A stretch of 64,000 bases of DNA from Sphaerodactylus townsendi (taxonomy: Eukaryota): the NCBI RefSeq assembly GCF_021028975.2, contig NC_059433.1:62496001-62560000 (forward strand), written 5' to 3'. The notes under the pieces were generated by a model. That model did not search any database. It saw only the letters and a list, made by a program, of their open reading frames with translations, and had not been told where the DNA came from. Positions within the stretch are counted from its first letter, which is position 1; every line of letters starts with the position of its first letter. Below, piece after piece: positions 48,721-63,149 of this stretch. The position numbers and the translations under genes are program-made.

Positions 48721-50549
48721 GATATCAGTATCTGAAGAGTGATTTTTCAGGGAGAGGAATATTTTGAGTATAATTTATCCAAGAAATTTCACAGGGTCAG
48801 GGAATAAGACTCTGGAGCCTATGAACAAAAGCATAAACATACTTGTGAAAATTACATTCTTATGAAAAATTCTAGAACTGGCTTGTGGATACGCATTTAA
48901 CCCTTGAGGGCTTCTAGCTCTTTGTAATACATCTGAATTTTGATGAATGGGATAATTTAATTTCCAGCCTAAATACAGGAATTGTCAAAGGTCATCTTGA
49001 TACCAATCAGAAGGCAACGCAGAAAGAAATGAGATTGAAAGCTGTGCTTTATTACAGCCTAGTGACCTTAATCTGTGCCTGTGGCGACCAGTCAGAACCA
49101 TACTGTGCTAAAGTGCTCTGACAGGATCGATAATTTGCTCATTGATCTTTTCCTTCCATTATATCTCAAAGCTGCCCAGTCTCGAGAATTGACTACCAAA
49201 TTAGCCAGGCTGTTTCCAAATAGATCACTGGACACATTCCTAAAAGGGTGGGTGCGTAAAAGAGTGGAACAGCATGACACGTTTCATGTCTAGAGTTTAG
49301 ATAAGTTACTCTTTATCATCCACCAGGCTATATCTGGCAGCAACCTACCACACAGACTTCACTGCATGCTATCCCTGTCACTTTTGATCTGAAGCACGAC
49401 TGTACACTCTTGAGGCACCAAATGATCTGAATACCTCACAGATTTAATCCTGTTCTCTGTTGTAAGGGTTTTTGGCCACAGTGTGTCTTTCTGAACACTC
49501 TAGCTGCTGGGTGGATGATGAAGCTAGGGTGAGTAATAATCAAAGACAACTTGTCACATGCTGTTGTCAAGTGTCCCTGAGTTCAAATGAAGGACAAAAG
49601 CCAAATGACACATCAGGCCATAGACTCCTTGGAGACAAGCATTCAGTTCCTTGCAAGTCCAAGCAGTAGGGGGCATTGCTCATTGCTTAGAAAGTGTGTC
49701 CACCCTGAGACAAATGCAGCAAACTTCCCCTACCCTGTGTGCCTGAACATGAGCCCAAAATGCTGTCCTCATCACACAGTCTCTCAACTTTGCCATATTT
49801 TGCATTATGATATCCTGGCCTACAGCTAGAATGTTATCACAGCAAGGTTGCCAGGCTATGAAATGAGGAAGGCATTGGTCTTTGTCTTTAGAAGTGCTGG
49901 CACTTTGGTGTGATCATAGAGGTAGGACAACAGTAATTTTTTTTTTAAATTCTGTATTCTCATTTATCACACAGTCCACTTGTGGAAATGAGCAAGTCTC
50001 ATGGATTTCAGAGGGTTTATTGCAGGACACTATTCCAGTAGACCATATTTTTATTCATAAACTTTTTTCAAAACCTTGATGGCGTTATACTGCAGACTTA
50101 ACATGTAGTTCATACCACTTCATGATTAGTGCTTAATCCAAGTGAACAAATGTGAAATTTGATATTATAGGAAGATTTTCAAGTTCCATAAATGCATCAC
50201 TATATCTAATCATAAGGCACACATTTTCTATTCAGACAGTGAAATCCGAATAATGGGGACAGTTACAACTATCAACAAGAATTCTACTAATCAAGAAGAA
50301 CCCACAAGTTTGCTGCAAGATTTAAAATTTGTAAGAAAACATTCCATTTTAGGGATTATTGCAAAGCTGCAAAGATACTTAAAGAGTTACCAGTACAACC
50401 ATAAGAATGACTTTCCTGGGAGTAAATCATATTGGATAAATATGAGTAGGAGGATCCTGAAGAGCCCTACTCAGAAATGCTGTTTAAATTACTTTCATAA
50501 CTCTTCCTGTCCTTCTGGTTGCTTACTCTGTACCATTTTGTACAACCGG

Positions 50550-50770
50550 GCTATGGCTGCCATGTCTAGATTGGGAAATACCTGGAGATTTGGGAGTGGA
50601 ACCTGAGGAGGATGGGGTTTGCAGAGGGGTGGGACCTCAATGGGGTTTAAAGCCATAGAATCTACCCTTCAAAACAGCCACTTTCTCCAGGGGAACTGAT
50701 CTCTATAGTTTGGAGATATATTGTAATTCCCAGAGTTCTCCAGGCCCCACCTGGAAGTTGGCAACCCTAC
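50550..50770. mobile_element. Abundant MITE with TAGGGTTGCCA-type termini (related copies near 42520-42690 and 44108-44312)
   Basis: Ends GTTGGCAACCCTA; internal CCATAGAATCTACCCTTCAAAACAGCCACTTTCTCCAGGGGAACTGATCTC shared with the other copies. Confidence 0.6.
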
Positions 50771-52981
50771 ACTCAGATGTTTGAGTCACTTGTTAAGTAT
50801 TTGAAGTTATTAGAAAGAAAAAAATGCCATGGAATAAAAATTATTTTAGAGTTAAAGTGCAGATATGCAGAAGGTCCACAATTGGATACTGATATCTTGA
50901 TTTTTACTTAGAAGTCGTCAGAGGGAATTCTGAACTGGATGGAAGCAATGACACTGGAGAAACATGCCTGTATTCTCTTTCCCCAGTACTGTTTTCAAAC
51001 CTAAATGATACTTCAAAGCTACTGTTTGCTCAACTGCAGAAAATATCCACAGTTCATCTAATAGGAAGAAGATCGATGTTACGCTATATCGCCACTGTCT
51101 TCCTTCTAACTATTTTATCTGTCCACATACAAAAAGAAATAATTTGCTAATAATAACTAGCCTTCCTTCTGTCAGCAGTAGTGTAATTCACATTCATTTG
51201 CAATGAACACTGCATCATGTATTAGGAAAAACTTTTTTTTTTACTTTTGTTCTTTCCGTTCCAAAAGTTCCTCTAATTTCAGAAGAATTTCCCATGTGAT
51301 CCTATTTGAGAAATATGAATCCAAACTCTCCTTAGACAAACACTGTGTATTTCCCCAGATCCTGAGCTTTTGTCATGATCTCTTCTTTGGGGTTTTCAAA
51401 TTAAATTTTTGTTTTTCTCAAGAACGTATTTCTCCAAATCATGGGTACATTTCTGAAGGAGTACCCATGCCAGCAAAGTCCAGCTGTAAGACAGGGCTGA
51501 TGTTCTGAATTTGCACTGAGGGTTCTGCTCATCCTAACCCACTGCCAGTTTAAACCTTTTTTAGAATGATACAAAATGCTCTGGGACTGGATATGTTTCA
51601 ATTTATTTCAATGGCTGATGAGCTTGTGCAAGATTCTCTGGGGGACCTCATATCCTATCATATATACTTTATTGGATTTGTTATCTTCTACTGAACATGC
51701 TACCAAGTTTCTGATTTTTACTCTAGGGATTAAGAAACACATTGCTTGTGGCATCATTTACCTTTCCTTTGTTAATGCAAAATTATTAGCAGTTGACTGA
51801 CAGAATCAATTTGGTCTACCTCTTTATGTTAGTTAATAAAAAGGTTAAAATATTTGTATTGTCAGCAAAGGGACAATAATTATTGTAAAATTTGTAAAAC
51901 TTGAGCTCACTCACAATTTGAAGGCCTTGGGAGAGAGTCTGGCTTTTAACTCAGCTCCCTTATTTTTCTCTGTGCTGTTGGAGCAAATAGGAAATAGCAG
52001 GACATTTTTCAGGCTGGCCTCCTCCAGACATCCTGTCACTTTCCAAAATAACTCTGGTTACAGTTTGACAGAGGAAGTTTACTTTCTTCAGATGCGGTCA
52101 CATATTATACAGTGCTAATCAGAAGTCTGGATTGAAAACATGCTTTACATTTATAAGAACTATAAAAAATAAGGCATTTAATCCAGATTTAAAAAATCTT
52201 GCAGCAAATGTATTTTTGGAAGAAAGAATGTTCACTTCCCATATCACACAAGTTTGGACAGATTGGTCATAATTATAGTGACCAAGTCCGATGTATTTTA
52301 GAAGAAGTGAAATAAATCAACAAGCAGATACATAAGCAAAAAGGATATCATGTACCATCAACTGGAATATAAGCTTTTAAGATAATCAATCATTGCTAGT
52401 TTTTGACTTGTTACAACTTCACTTACCTTTATTCATTGCCATGACTAAGATGACAGTGTGGTTTCCTTTTTTCTATCTTTCAGTTTGAATGTTTGTCATT
52501 ATGTTGTCTTTCTATTTTTTCAAATAGTTTTAATTTTTCTTAACTTTGGTAATATTTTGTTCAATTTTCTCATATTTTACCCAGTGATTTACCCAGTGTT
52601 TGTTGTTTGCATTAAAATAATTACAGAAGCTTCAATTTGTCAACAATTTTAAAAAATCCACCCCAGACCTATAAGAAACTTATTTGGGAAGTGAGGCAAG
52701 GCAGAAATGGATGGGATTTAGAAAACTAAATTTGGATGTTGGGTGAGAAGCAACCGTAGCCTACAGTTTTAAAACAGATTTTTCACTATTTTAAAAAGAA
52801 ATTGTCATTTCACAAAATAAAATGTCTGTTATTCAAAAAACAAAAGTCTCACAGGAGGCATACCAGTGGTCCAGGTGAGGGCAACACATCTATCTGCTTA
52901 TTTTGGCTACAGTCTTGTCCCGGACTGTGCAGTGAGTCAGGCTATATAAAGATCAGCTAGTCAGACCCTTTGCCTGACTCT

Positions 52982-53132
52982 GGCCTCTTCCACACATGCA
53001 GAATAATGCACTTTCAAGCCACTTTCAATGTACTTTGCAGCTGGATTTTACTGTGTGGAATAGCAAAATCCGCTTGCAAACAATTGTGAAAGTGGATTGA
53101 AAGTGCATTATTCTGCATGTGCAGAAAGGGCC
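52982..53132. mobile_element. PIF/Harbinger-like MITE (151 bp), same family as 4872-5012
   Basis: TIRs GGCCTCTTCCACACATGCAGAATAATGCAC / GTGCATTATTCTGCATGTGCAGAAAGGGCC; TSD TCT. Confidence 0.8.
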
Positions 53133-55844
53133 TCTGTGTGGTACCTCATGAATACTGCAAAAAAAATGGAGACTGAGCTTGGATTCTTAATCACAACTAG
53201 AGGTTGCAGCCATGTTTTGACTGGCCCCATTTCATGACTAATGGAAAGCAATGAACAGTCACAAAGACTAAAAGAATTAAATGAGGTTATGCAGCCTTTA
53301 AAAACTAACTCAGATTTTGTTTATGGAATTTTTTTCAACGATGTATTTGGTCTATTGATGAATCCCAAATTAAGGCCACACTTTGCTGTATAGGTGAATA
53401 GCTGTGTCTTCGAATGACGTACATTAACAAGCAACTCAGCACTCTGCAGATTTAAATCTGATAGGCAATAACAGGTGGTTGCCGTGCAGATTAACCTTGG
53501 AAAGATAACCCGCCTGCCCCCCCCCCCCCCACCACCACCACCAAGTGGCTATTAATTTCCATCTGGTAGTTGATAGAGTAAGGGTTAATTAGAAAACTTC
53601 CAGAGGGAACACAGGAAATTCAGGTGAACGTTGGAAGGAAGAATGTGCTGACACAGAAACTGAAACAAGGGGGTATACAACAAAAAAGAACAATTAGGGA
53701 AAATTTGTCATCTACTCTCCAATTCTACCAGAAGGTTGCAGAAGAGATTTGGGACAAAGACCATCTATAAAGGAGCCAGGCTGAGAGCAAGGCAGCTTTT
53801 TATAGAATTATTTATAAGGTTTTTAAAAGCTTTTTGGAAATCATTTCAGTTTAGTAACTGTGCATACAGGGAGTGCAGGGAACAGGAAGAACAGTGGGTT
53901 CTGTTTTAAACTGACGCTTGTTCATTTTACGGTTGAATACTTCATTAAATTAGGAACCTAGAGAAGGGAACAATTCTAGTCCCCTTCAATACTTATCACT
54001 TGTACAGTGAAAGACATTTGATATAGGGCTTTAGCTATTACTCTGCCAGTGCTTTAAAATCTCTACTGTATTTTGCTAGCATTCTGATTTTGTTTTCTAG
54101 ATAATCTTAGAGTCATTTGTCTGCCCTTACATTTAGAAACACTAATACTTGGATTTCTGACCTACAATATCAGTACTGTTCTAGCTGTAGCTAGTTCTAG
54201 TTTTATAATGAGCTAGATACTAGAGACTCTCTCAAAAATCCAGGAATTCAGATACACATCTAGCTCAAACTAGCAAGTATATTCTTAGCAGGGATTCCAT
54301 TCCCAACTGAAAACATAGCATGCAGGCTCTGCTAATTTGCTGCTTGCAGTGATACTGCAAGCATGTGGGCTGTGTACTCCACCCAGGCAAAGGAATCTTA
54401 CAGACAGACAATTCTACTTGAGTTGGGGCATTTTGTTGGCTCAGTACAATGTAGATGGCATAGAAGACTATTCTGCATTGCACCGGAACAGTTGTATAGT
54501 AAAAATCAACAGAATATGCATATGTTTTCCAACTCCTCTCTCACTACCAACCGTCTTGAGATTTAATGATTATGACAACTAATTATACACATAAATATTC
54601 TGAATAGGAAAATATGTTATGGAAAGTTGGGCCTTTTAAATACAGTTGAATACTTGGTAATGGATGCCATTCTGTGCCAGAATGGCTATTACTGAGCAGC
54701 ATCTCTAGCCGCACATTTGTTGTGCTGTAGCTGTATATCACATGCAGATTACATCATACGGTAGTTTGTAATCCAATGCCGGTTTCTGCAGGCACAGCAA
54801 ATTTCAAGACTGTGATGAAGATGAAAGTTCCTCATGGGGTAGATAATTGTAAAAAAGTGGGACAGATCATGGGGTAAAAATTCCAAATGTGTAATGTGTA
54901 ATGCGAAGGGAAGTTTAAAATTTGAAAAATGTATATTTCTCTAAAGGGTGGAGCATCGCACTTACAATCGCTGCCAAGAACATCCAGTATTGGTTCATGT
55001 GATCATGCCAGCCTATCCTTGCTGCAATCTAGGTGCATGATGTCAGTGGGTATTGTGTGTGGGCTCTGAGCATCACGTTTCCTTCTAGCCATGCTGAAAA
55101 ATGTAGCACTTGCTCTGCCAAAATAAGGACAAGAGAATCTCATGCAGTTACATCACAAGGTAAGAATTCTCCAGGCAGAAACTAAATGGATATGCAAGCC
55201 CTGAGTTTTAGCCAGTCAGCATTACGCAAAATATTTCCATGTAAGGCTTCCTGAAAAGAGCACTCCCTTCAACCTCAGAGATATGAGGCAAGAAGCCAGG
55301 AGAAAGCACAGCATCTGCTTCCATAGGACTTAGCCATCTTCTTTTCTTAATGTGGCTACAATCTTTTACAACCAACTACTATCTACAGCATATAAGAGAT
55401 TAAACCTGACATTTTGCCAGTTGCATAAGTAAGAGTTATCCTGAACCATTCTTGCCAAAGGCAATGTTTTAATTAAATAAGAATCTCACTGTGTTGAATG
55501 TGACCAAAAGGCTATTAAATTCAGCTTTCAAATGCACGGAAAGGTGACACACAGCAGTCCGAACCATAGTATGCCATGATCAGGAGGAAGCACGACATAA
55601 CACCTTCAGTTGTAAAAAAAGAATCTGGCAGTCTTAATGAGGATCTTAAAGACACAGCAATGTGTGAAGTCACATAGGTGGTTTCTAATCCTGTCAGCCA
55701 CTGGGATTTTATATTTTAATGCACATTAACATGAGAGCATCTAGATTATTTGTCTGACAATATAGTTGTAAAATAATGTTGAGTAGCCATGATTTCTGTT
55801 CTTTAGAATGACTTTCATGTGGACAATGCACCAGTTTGTTTATT

Positions 55845-56255
55845 TATTCTTTATATTTATGACCCTCCCCCGAAGGTTTCAGGTCGGCGTACAACATTTG
55901 AAAACAACATAAAATCATATAAAACCAGTAAAAACCTTCCAATTAGTAAAACAGATGGCAACCAAATTCACCCCCTCCCCAACGTACACACAGGAAAGCT
56001 GAGGTGGTCTTATTTATCTTCCCAGCTAGCCAGGTGGAAATGCTTGATGGAACAAGGTTGTCTTGTAGGTATCGCAGGGCCCTAACCTCCCTAGGGAGCC
56101 TGTTCCACCACACAGGGGCCAAGGCTGTAAAAGCTTTGGCCCTTGTAGAGGCCAGTGGGATGTGTCTGGGGCTGGGGACTTCCAGCAGGTACTCCTCCAA
56201 AGAGTGGAGGGCACTGGAGGGGCAATATGGGGAGACATGGTCCCACAGGTATGAA
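55845..56255 (-). mobile_element. L2-clade LINE 3' fragment
   Basis: Minus-strand peptide LLEVPSPR...TRAKAFTALAPVWWNRLPREVR is the typical L2 ORF2 C-terminus; (TAAA)n tail. Confidence 0.75.
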
Positions 56256-56437
56256 GTTGAACCACAGATGTAGAACTGCACCTTGCTTCTCCTTGCTTGG
56301 CTCTCACAACACTATGACCTCATACTGGAAAGAAGAGGCTAAAGAGACTATTTTTGGGAATGAGGGAAGAAATACTTATGACCCAATGTAGTGCCTGTGG
56401 GTGCTGACAACTCTCCTGGCACAAGCCAAGTTCTTTC

Positions 56438-56730
56438 AGAAGAAGAAGAGTTTGGCTGTATATCCCCCCTTTCTATTCTGTGGGGAGACTCAAAGGGGCT
56501 TACAAACTCCTTCCTTTTCCTCTCCCCACAACAGATTTCTTGTGAGGTTGGTGGGGCTGAGAGAGTTTCAAAGAACTATGATTAGCCTGAGATCACCAAC
56601 AGGAATGAAGGAGTAGAGAACAAATCTAGTTCACCAGATAATACTACGTAGCTCATGTGGAGGAACGGGGAATCAAACCAGTTCTTCAAATGAAAGTCTA
56701 CCTGCTCTTAACCACTCACCACTCTTGCCC
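56438..56730 (-). mobile_element. Squamate SINE
   Basis: (GAA)n tail, GGAGACTCAAAGGGGCTTACA, head CTGCTCTTAACCACT. Confidence 0.7.
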
Positions 56731-59700
56731 TCTTTAGAGAATGGGCATGGCTAGGTGAACCAGCAAGGCTTCAGACATCATGTTAAAACAGAGCTTCTCC
56801 CTAAAATGTTGAAGAGTTATTATTAAACTTGTATATAATCTTGATCATTGACATTGTGGTTGGGTCTGTCTGCTGCAGCAGCGAGTTTTTAGATTGTGCC
56901 TGCAAGCTTAAAAAGGTTGGAAACCCTGGAATTAAGGTTGTATGTTTAAAAGATTGTAAGCCACTTCAATGAATTTATGGGATATTAAATACATATATTC
57001 CTAAATGTGGTGGTTGCTTTATGTATACTAGCCTTGAAATGGCCAAGGGAGTAATCTTTTACTTTTCAGGTCAAAGAGTCACTGGGTTGCTGGTTACCTG
57101 GATTCAAATTCTCTTTTAGCCATAAATTTCCTAGGTGAATCTGGTCAAGTCATTCTCTATCAGCTACTTAAGCTATTTCTCAGGGCTCTCTATCTAGTCA
57201 GAGGACTCCCCAGGCATGCAGAAAATAGTTACCTTGTATGTAAACCCTCCCTCTCAAAAGGGGAAAGCCCTCCCCAACTGTGTGATTAGAACAAAATATA
57301 ATCCAGAAAGTTGAATGCTTGGAATCAGTTAAAGAAAAGAAGCGAAGGAAGGGAGAAAGTTAGCCTGCTCATGCTAACAGCGTAGAGAATTCTGAGAAGA
57401 ATATTTGGGCAGGGTAGAATTTCCAAATTGTCTTTCTCGTGTGATGCCTGTCAGCTCTTAGCTTTTATATTCAAGATTGCCATACATAATTGGGAACACA
57501 GCTAAAATTTGCAGGCAATACTTAAAGTTCGGCTTACTCATCACTCCATGATTTATTTCAAGTCATTCTGACTGACGTTCCTTAACAAAGACTAGAAATG
57601 AGAATAAAACAGAATTCTCTTGGTTAGCAACCATTCTCAACTAGTGTTCTTCAAAATGTATATTCATAGGAACGCCTGTTGTGACTAATGCAAACTGATA
57701 GTCCCCCCCAGTGGGATGTTGCAAGCCTGGAGGCATTGACAATTGTTTAAAATGAGTATGCGGAAAGCAACATGACAATGAAGTTCTGGGAGATAGAAAT
57801 ATATGTTGGCATTAATGAGGATGGAAAAATTCTATGGCCCATTAAGTATACATTGAAAGACATTGTTCTAGACAGAAAGCAATCATGGATTTCAGGTTTA
57901 GTTAGTAAAATGTAAACATAATACAAATCCAACAACTTTTTACTTTTCTAGCTCATATTAATGAGCGTGCACACACTCACAGCACTATCTCTATGTGGTC
58001 ATTATGATCTACTGCTCTCATAAGATTATATCTCAATATCAAGAACTCAGCCATTCTTTGTATGGGTTAATTTACAATGTTAAATGGGCTACTATAAGAG
58101 AGTTGTGGACTTTTATGTGTGCCTGAGACTTGTGGACTTTTTTGGAGGTTGCTGTAATAGTTGATAGGAAAAAACTGTATAAAACAATGTGCAGGATAAT
58201 GAAATGAGAAACAAACAACCTTAATACTATACAGCCATTATTATACCTGTTCTCTAAATGGGCTGCTGTCCTGCATTCAAATTCTTCGTTAATATTCCTA
58301 GAACTGCTTCCCTTCAGGCCATACTCATGAAATAAAATGGTTCCTACAATTGCTTCAGATGCTCTTTAAACGTGCACACAGTTTTGGATGTTTTCTTTAA
58401 TTCCCAATTGAAGAACTAAAAAAAAGATACAAGATTCATTATCTCAGCTATTTAAAAAGAAAGAATTTTGTACAGCTTAAATTTTGGCTACTTTTGCAAA
58501 GTACTATTTTATTGATGGGATATGGAATGCTATAGCAGATCTCAAAAGTTAAACAGGGTTATTACTTGGAAGAGAGGCTATCAAGGAAGACTCCACGGAG
58601 GAAGACAATGGCAAACCACCTCTACTTAAGTCCTTGCCTTGAAAACCCCACCAGGGGTTGCTATAAGCCAGCTGAGATGAGGCATTTCATTCACAAGTAT
58701 ATACACACACCACATTTAATTGAATCTGTTCTCAATATGCCTCATGGCAAATATTAGCTCAAGTTATACCATAGTTAACTTTAAAACATGTCTTTTAACT
58801 GAATAAAGTAAAAGCGTATGAAGGCCTTTCCTGCATGCACAGTTTATCACAGATTTTCCCAGTGCCAGTGGTCAAACCTTGTGTCTTGAAAATATTTTCT
58901 GAGAAATCATTCTGCACACCTTCTTTCCCCCCATTGATTTGGGTCCCCTTTTTTCTCTTCAGTTGCATTTACTGCTGAAACTGTATTATTCTTGATGATG
59001 GTGGAATCTCAGCTGTGACATTTGATCTGCTGTAATGCATGATAGTTACTGCAGCAGTCCCTGATTACATGCAGTGATTTCTCCTAGTATGCCATTAAAT
59101 CACCCCTATTTTTAAAATCACTCTCTGCCCAAATGTGGACATTTCAAGTTCTATGTGAAATTGACAACGCTGATCCAATTGATCGGGCTAGTTTGTAATT
59201 CAGCCTCAGTGTCACATCACTAGTTTAATATGATGAAGAGAAAAAAATTCCTTTTAAAAATGGAAAAGGAAGGGGAAGAGAAAATAGTTAAAAGGGAGGT
59301 TGCGCAACTAAATGGGGCATAAATATGGGCCAGGTGTTTGCACAAAATGGAAGCAAAATGGAGCATGCACTATTACCTGAAGAAACAGAAACAAGCCCCC
59401 CCCCCCCCCCCGGAATGATATTTTTTAGCCAAATTGGAGATGCAGTAACACACAATAATTACTGCAACAATCTCTTTTCAATTTCCTCCTGCAAAAGTAA
59501 CTTCCCTTGTCAGTTTCACTTGATCCTAACTGCCTTAAGGTTAGTTTGGTAATTCAAGATTCAATTGACAAAACTGATACAATGGACCTGGCTTGTGTCA
59601 GTGCCTTTACATTAGATTGTAGCCCACCCATCCCCTACAAAAATTTACCCTACTTGCTTGCATCTCTGCATGAATGTCCTATTGCAAGTTCTATATGAAA

Positions 59701-62619
59701 CTGCCAAAGCTGATCTAATGAACCCTAATTTTGGGTGTGTTTCTTTCTGAACATTACATCACAAGTTTGAGATGACAAGGAGATTTTTTTTAAAAAATAT
59801 ATCCTTTCAAAAAGTGGAGGAGAAAATGGCTAAAGGTAAGATTGGGCAACTACGCGAGTGTGTGGATAAGGACCAGGTGTTTGTTGGGCCAGAGAAATAA
59901 AGAGTTTCAACATGATCACAGGCTCAAGGGAAGCTGGTTTGGAAACAGACTGAAAAAAATTAAAGTTAAAGTACTCAGGAAAATAATGGAGGAAAAATGA
60001 AGGGACAATGTTTCTGGAACTAAACAAAGGAAAAATGTGTGGAATTCAAGAACAACAAAAACCTGTAGCATTTGGTGGCAAGATATGTAGTAAGTGACTC
60101 ATGGGGAAAAGGCTGTTGTGGTGACAGAGCAGGAATGGGTCATGAAAATTTTGGCTATTATATTCTACATAATTGATAAACCTTAGTTTGTGCATAACTG
60201 GCAGCTTATCTGCTTCTTCACTTCTTTCTGTCTCCCAGTGGGCATCCTTCCCATTCTGCTCTCTTCATGGTTACAAGAGGGGTGCTACCAACAAATTGTG
60301 GTTTGCAACTTTAGTAGTCACAGCAAACTACAATTAGCTCACATTGATTCACAAATCAGTTACAAACCATAGTTTGAAATTATACTTTGGTGCTAAGCAA
60401 CAAGTTGATTCTTCCCAGAAACATAACACAGCAAAGTAACCTGAATAATTTAAAAGTTACCACACACTTTTACCAGAAAGGAAGCTGAGATTCCAACTGC
60501 TAAATGGAGTAGTCTGGGGGGGGAAAAGAACCTAACTGAACAATTGGTGCAGCAGTTGGGTGTCAACATGTATTACTTGAATAGCAAAAGTATTTATTAT
60601 TGTTTTAAAAAGCACAAGGTATGCCTTTCAGCTGCTGTGGCACGTAGCAATTAGGAGATGGGGCTTTTACTGTTTATACGGCTCTGCAGAGAAGCTAGAC
60701 TCTAATTCCAATTGACACAGCATAGATTAATTGGAGTCTATCACAATGGAGCTTTAGATTTTTTTAAAATGTTAGCTTTGCTTTCATATCTTACAAAGTG
60801 CAAAGACTATCACCAACAACACCAGCTCAGAAGCGCAGGTTCAGGTATGTGTTCTGCTTTTCTTTTTGTTGTGCTGCCCCTGTGTTTGTAAATTCAAAAG
60901 GTGGGATTTGAACATCCCCGCACTCCTACATCTCCGGCAAAAGGAATGTGCTTCATACTTATGGCACCCTGGCATCTTGTTTACATGTGCGCAGCACCTG
61001 CGGAAGATAAGGACCTTTGAGGAAAAAGTCTTACTCAAGGTTAAGTAAATACATTGTGGTCAGAATGAAACATTTATATGCACATTCCAACTAACCCTCT
61101 CATCACACAACAAATAAACATTGCTTTTGAATGGTTAAAATTTTGCTTGTTGCAGTAAGACTGGGATGTAAGCCATCTTGGAGGCCTAGATCAGGTGGAC
61201 ATGATCAGTAGAAATGTACATATTTATTTAGAAAATTTTATACCACTTCTCCAGGGAACCTACAGGAGGTGGTTTGCAAAATAACATATAATAGAAATAT
61301 AAAATATTAGACTGTAAATTAAAAACCAGCATTAAAAATCTGTTTAAATTGAATTTTATAGTTTTCAGGCTGAAAGCACACTATATGTATTAAAGCCTTT
61401 AAATTAAAAAAGGAAATTAAAAAAAACTAAGTCCTCAGGACTATCCACAACATTCTTTTTCTCATGTAAATATGTTTTAATCTGAACAACACATTCATTT
61501 TAAAAGCACAGAGATGAAAATCAAATTTGAGGCTCAACAGACTTTGATTGGAATGATGTCTAATTTAATGAAACTGTCTGGCTGCAGAAGTGTTTGGGAT
61601 AAAACTATTCTTATACATTTGGCAGATTCAAAATAGTAGGGAATTTTTTACAAATATAAATGAGTCACAAAGAAGACAGGCAGGGTCATTGTATTTCAAT
61701 GATAGACAGAAGATTAAAGACTATGGGGTGTGGTACAAATTCCCAGGAGTTGTTTGATCTCAATTTTTAGGGGGGGGGGAGGACTGTGAATGTTCCTTTG
61801 CTAGTTGATGATATCACAATGGTTATAATTGTCTATATAGGTGGTGTGAAAGATAAGAATTTTGGCTGTGTGTGTGAACGCGTGTGTGTGCACACATGAG
61901 TGCAGTGGAGTGACTTTGAGGAAGAAAGGGAGAGTCATATGAAATGTTGTGACTGTCAAGAGAGATGTGATTGATGGGGAGATATGTAGATAGATGATAT
62001 GGATCTACTGAAGAGAATTCAGTATTATATCTGTTTAGGTGAAGCTAGGGTTTTTATACAGAGAGGTAGTTAGGAAGGAAAGACATCAGTGATAGGCTTA
62101 GGAAAGATTATGTTCATTAGGTATGTTGAGTTTTACGTGTTCCTCAAAATGAAGTTTGTTCTTATTCAATTTTTTTATAAGGTCTATGTCTTCAACAGTT
62201 CTTCTGTGTCCTCCGTAGTTCTACTGAGACTTGTTGAATGGTTTCAGGAGCTCATCTAGTTCATTACCAAATGGTCAAGTGTTTAAATTGCTTTGAGCCT
62301 CAGAATGAATTACTTGAAAAAGATAAGTATGTCCTCCAGCAAACTGTACAACAGGTCTTGTTTCTGCTTGCGGGAAGGTACAAGTATGGTTTTATGGGAA
62401 ATGGGCAGCAAACTTTGACAAAAATTGTCCAAGACCAACAGTGAAACCCCAAGCAGAGTTGACTTCTGTGTACTTAGAAGGGGGTAATTCTAAAAAGGAT
62501 TACACTGCAATATACTTTTGGAATTGCTGAGGGCAAACCTGCCCATCAGCCATTAAAATGTTCAAGTCAATGCTCAGCAGCTTGTTGCACAGTCTGATGC
62601 AATTTCTTGGAAGTTCTGA

Positions 62620-63149
62620 GGCCCCTTCTGCACAGCACAGGCAGAGCAAATTGCAGTCGTCATAAAGTAACCTGCTGTCCTGTTTTTGCATTCGTATACC
62701 TCTGTGCAGGCAGTGAATGGAGCCCGAGGAAACTATGTGAGTTGCTGTTGCCCCTTTGCACGGAGGCACGTCTTTTTTAAAACTTACCTCCCTCCACTGC
62801 ATAGCTACGCGGGCAGGCGGGCATGGACCCCCACAGCCCTGCTGACATCTCACAATGGCACAAGATGTTCCTGTGGCTCTGTGTGGCCACGCAGCTGTGA
62901 GGCAGGGACTTTAAGAAAAAGGGAAGCACGGCCGATTGAAGTGCTTCCTGGCCAGCTGTTTGCTTGTGAGTAACTGCAACCTGGATTTCAACAAAAGAAT
63001 CATGGATAGAGCGATTCTAAACAAAACTGTTTCAGGGGACTTAACACGGGGCAGCCTAGCTTTAGGGGCAGGGTCCGTGCAAAGTCCCCCCCACCGATGT
63101 TTTTTTTCCCGTCCCCAGCCCAGGTTTATTGGCCCATGTGGAAGGGGCC
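62620..63149. mobile_element. PIF/Harbinger-like non-autonomous element (530 bp), related to 15650-16165
   Basis: TIRs GGCCCCTTCTGCACA / TGTGGAAGGGGCC, TSD TGA; subterminal sequence resembles the 15650 element in reverse orientation. Confidence 0.75.

Noticed and set aside
49029-49121. Signal-peptide-like MRLKAVLYYSLVTLICACG micro-ORF
   Set aside because: Only ~30 codons, with no supporting promoter or homology; likely chance
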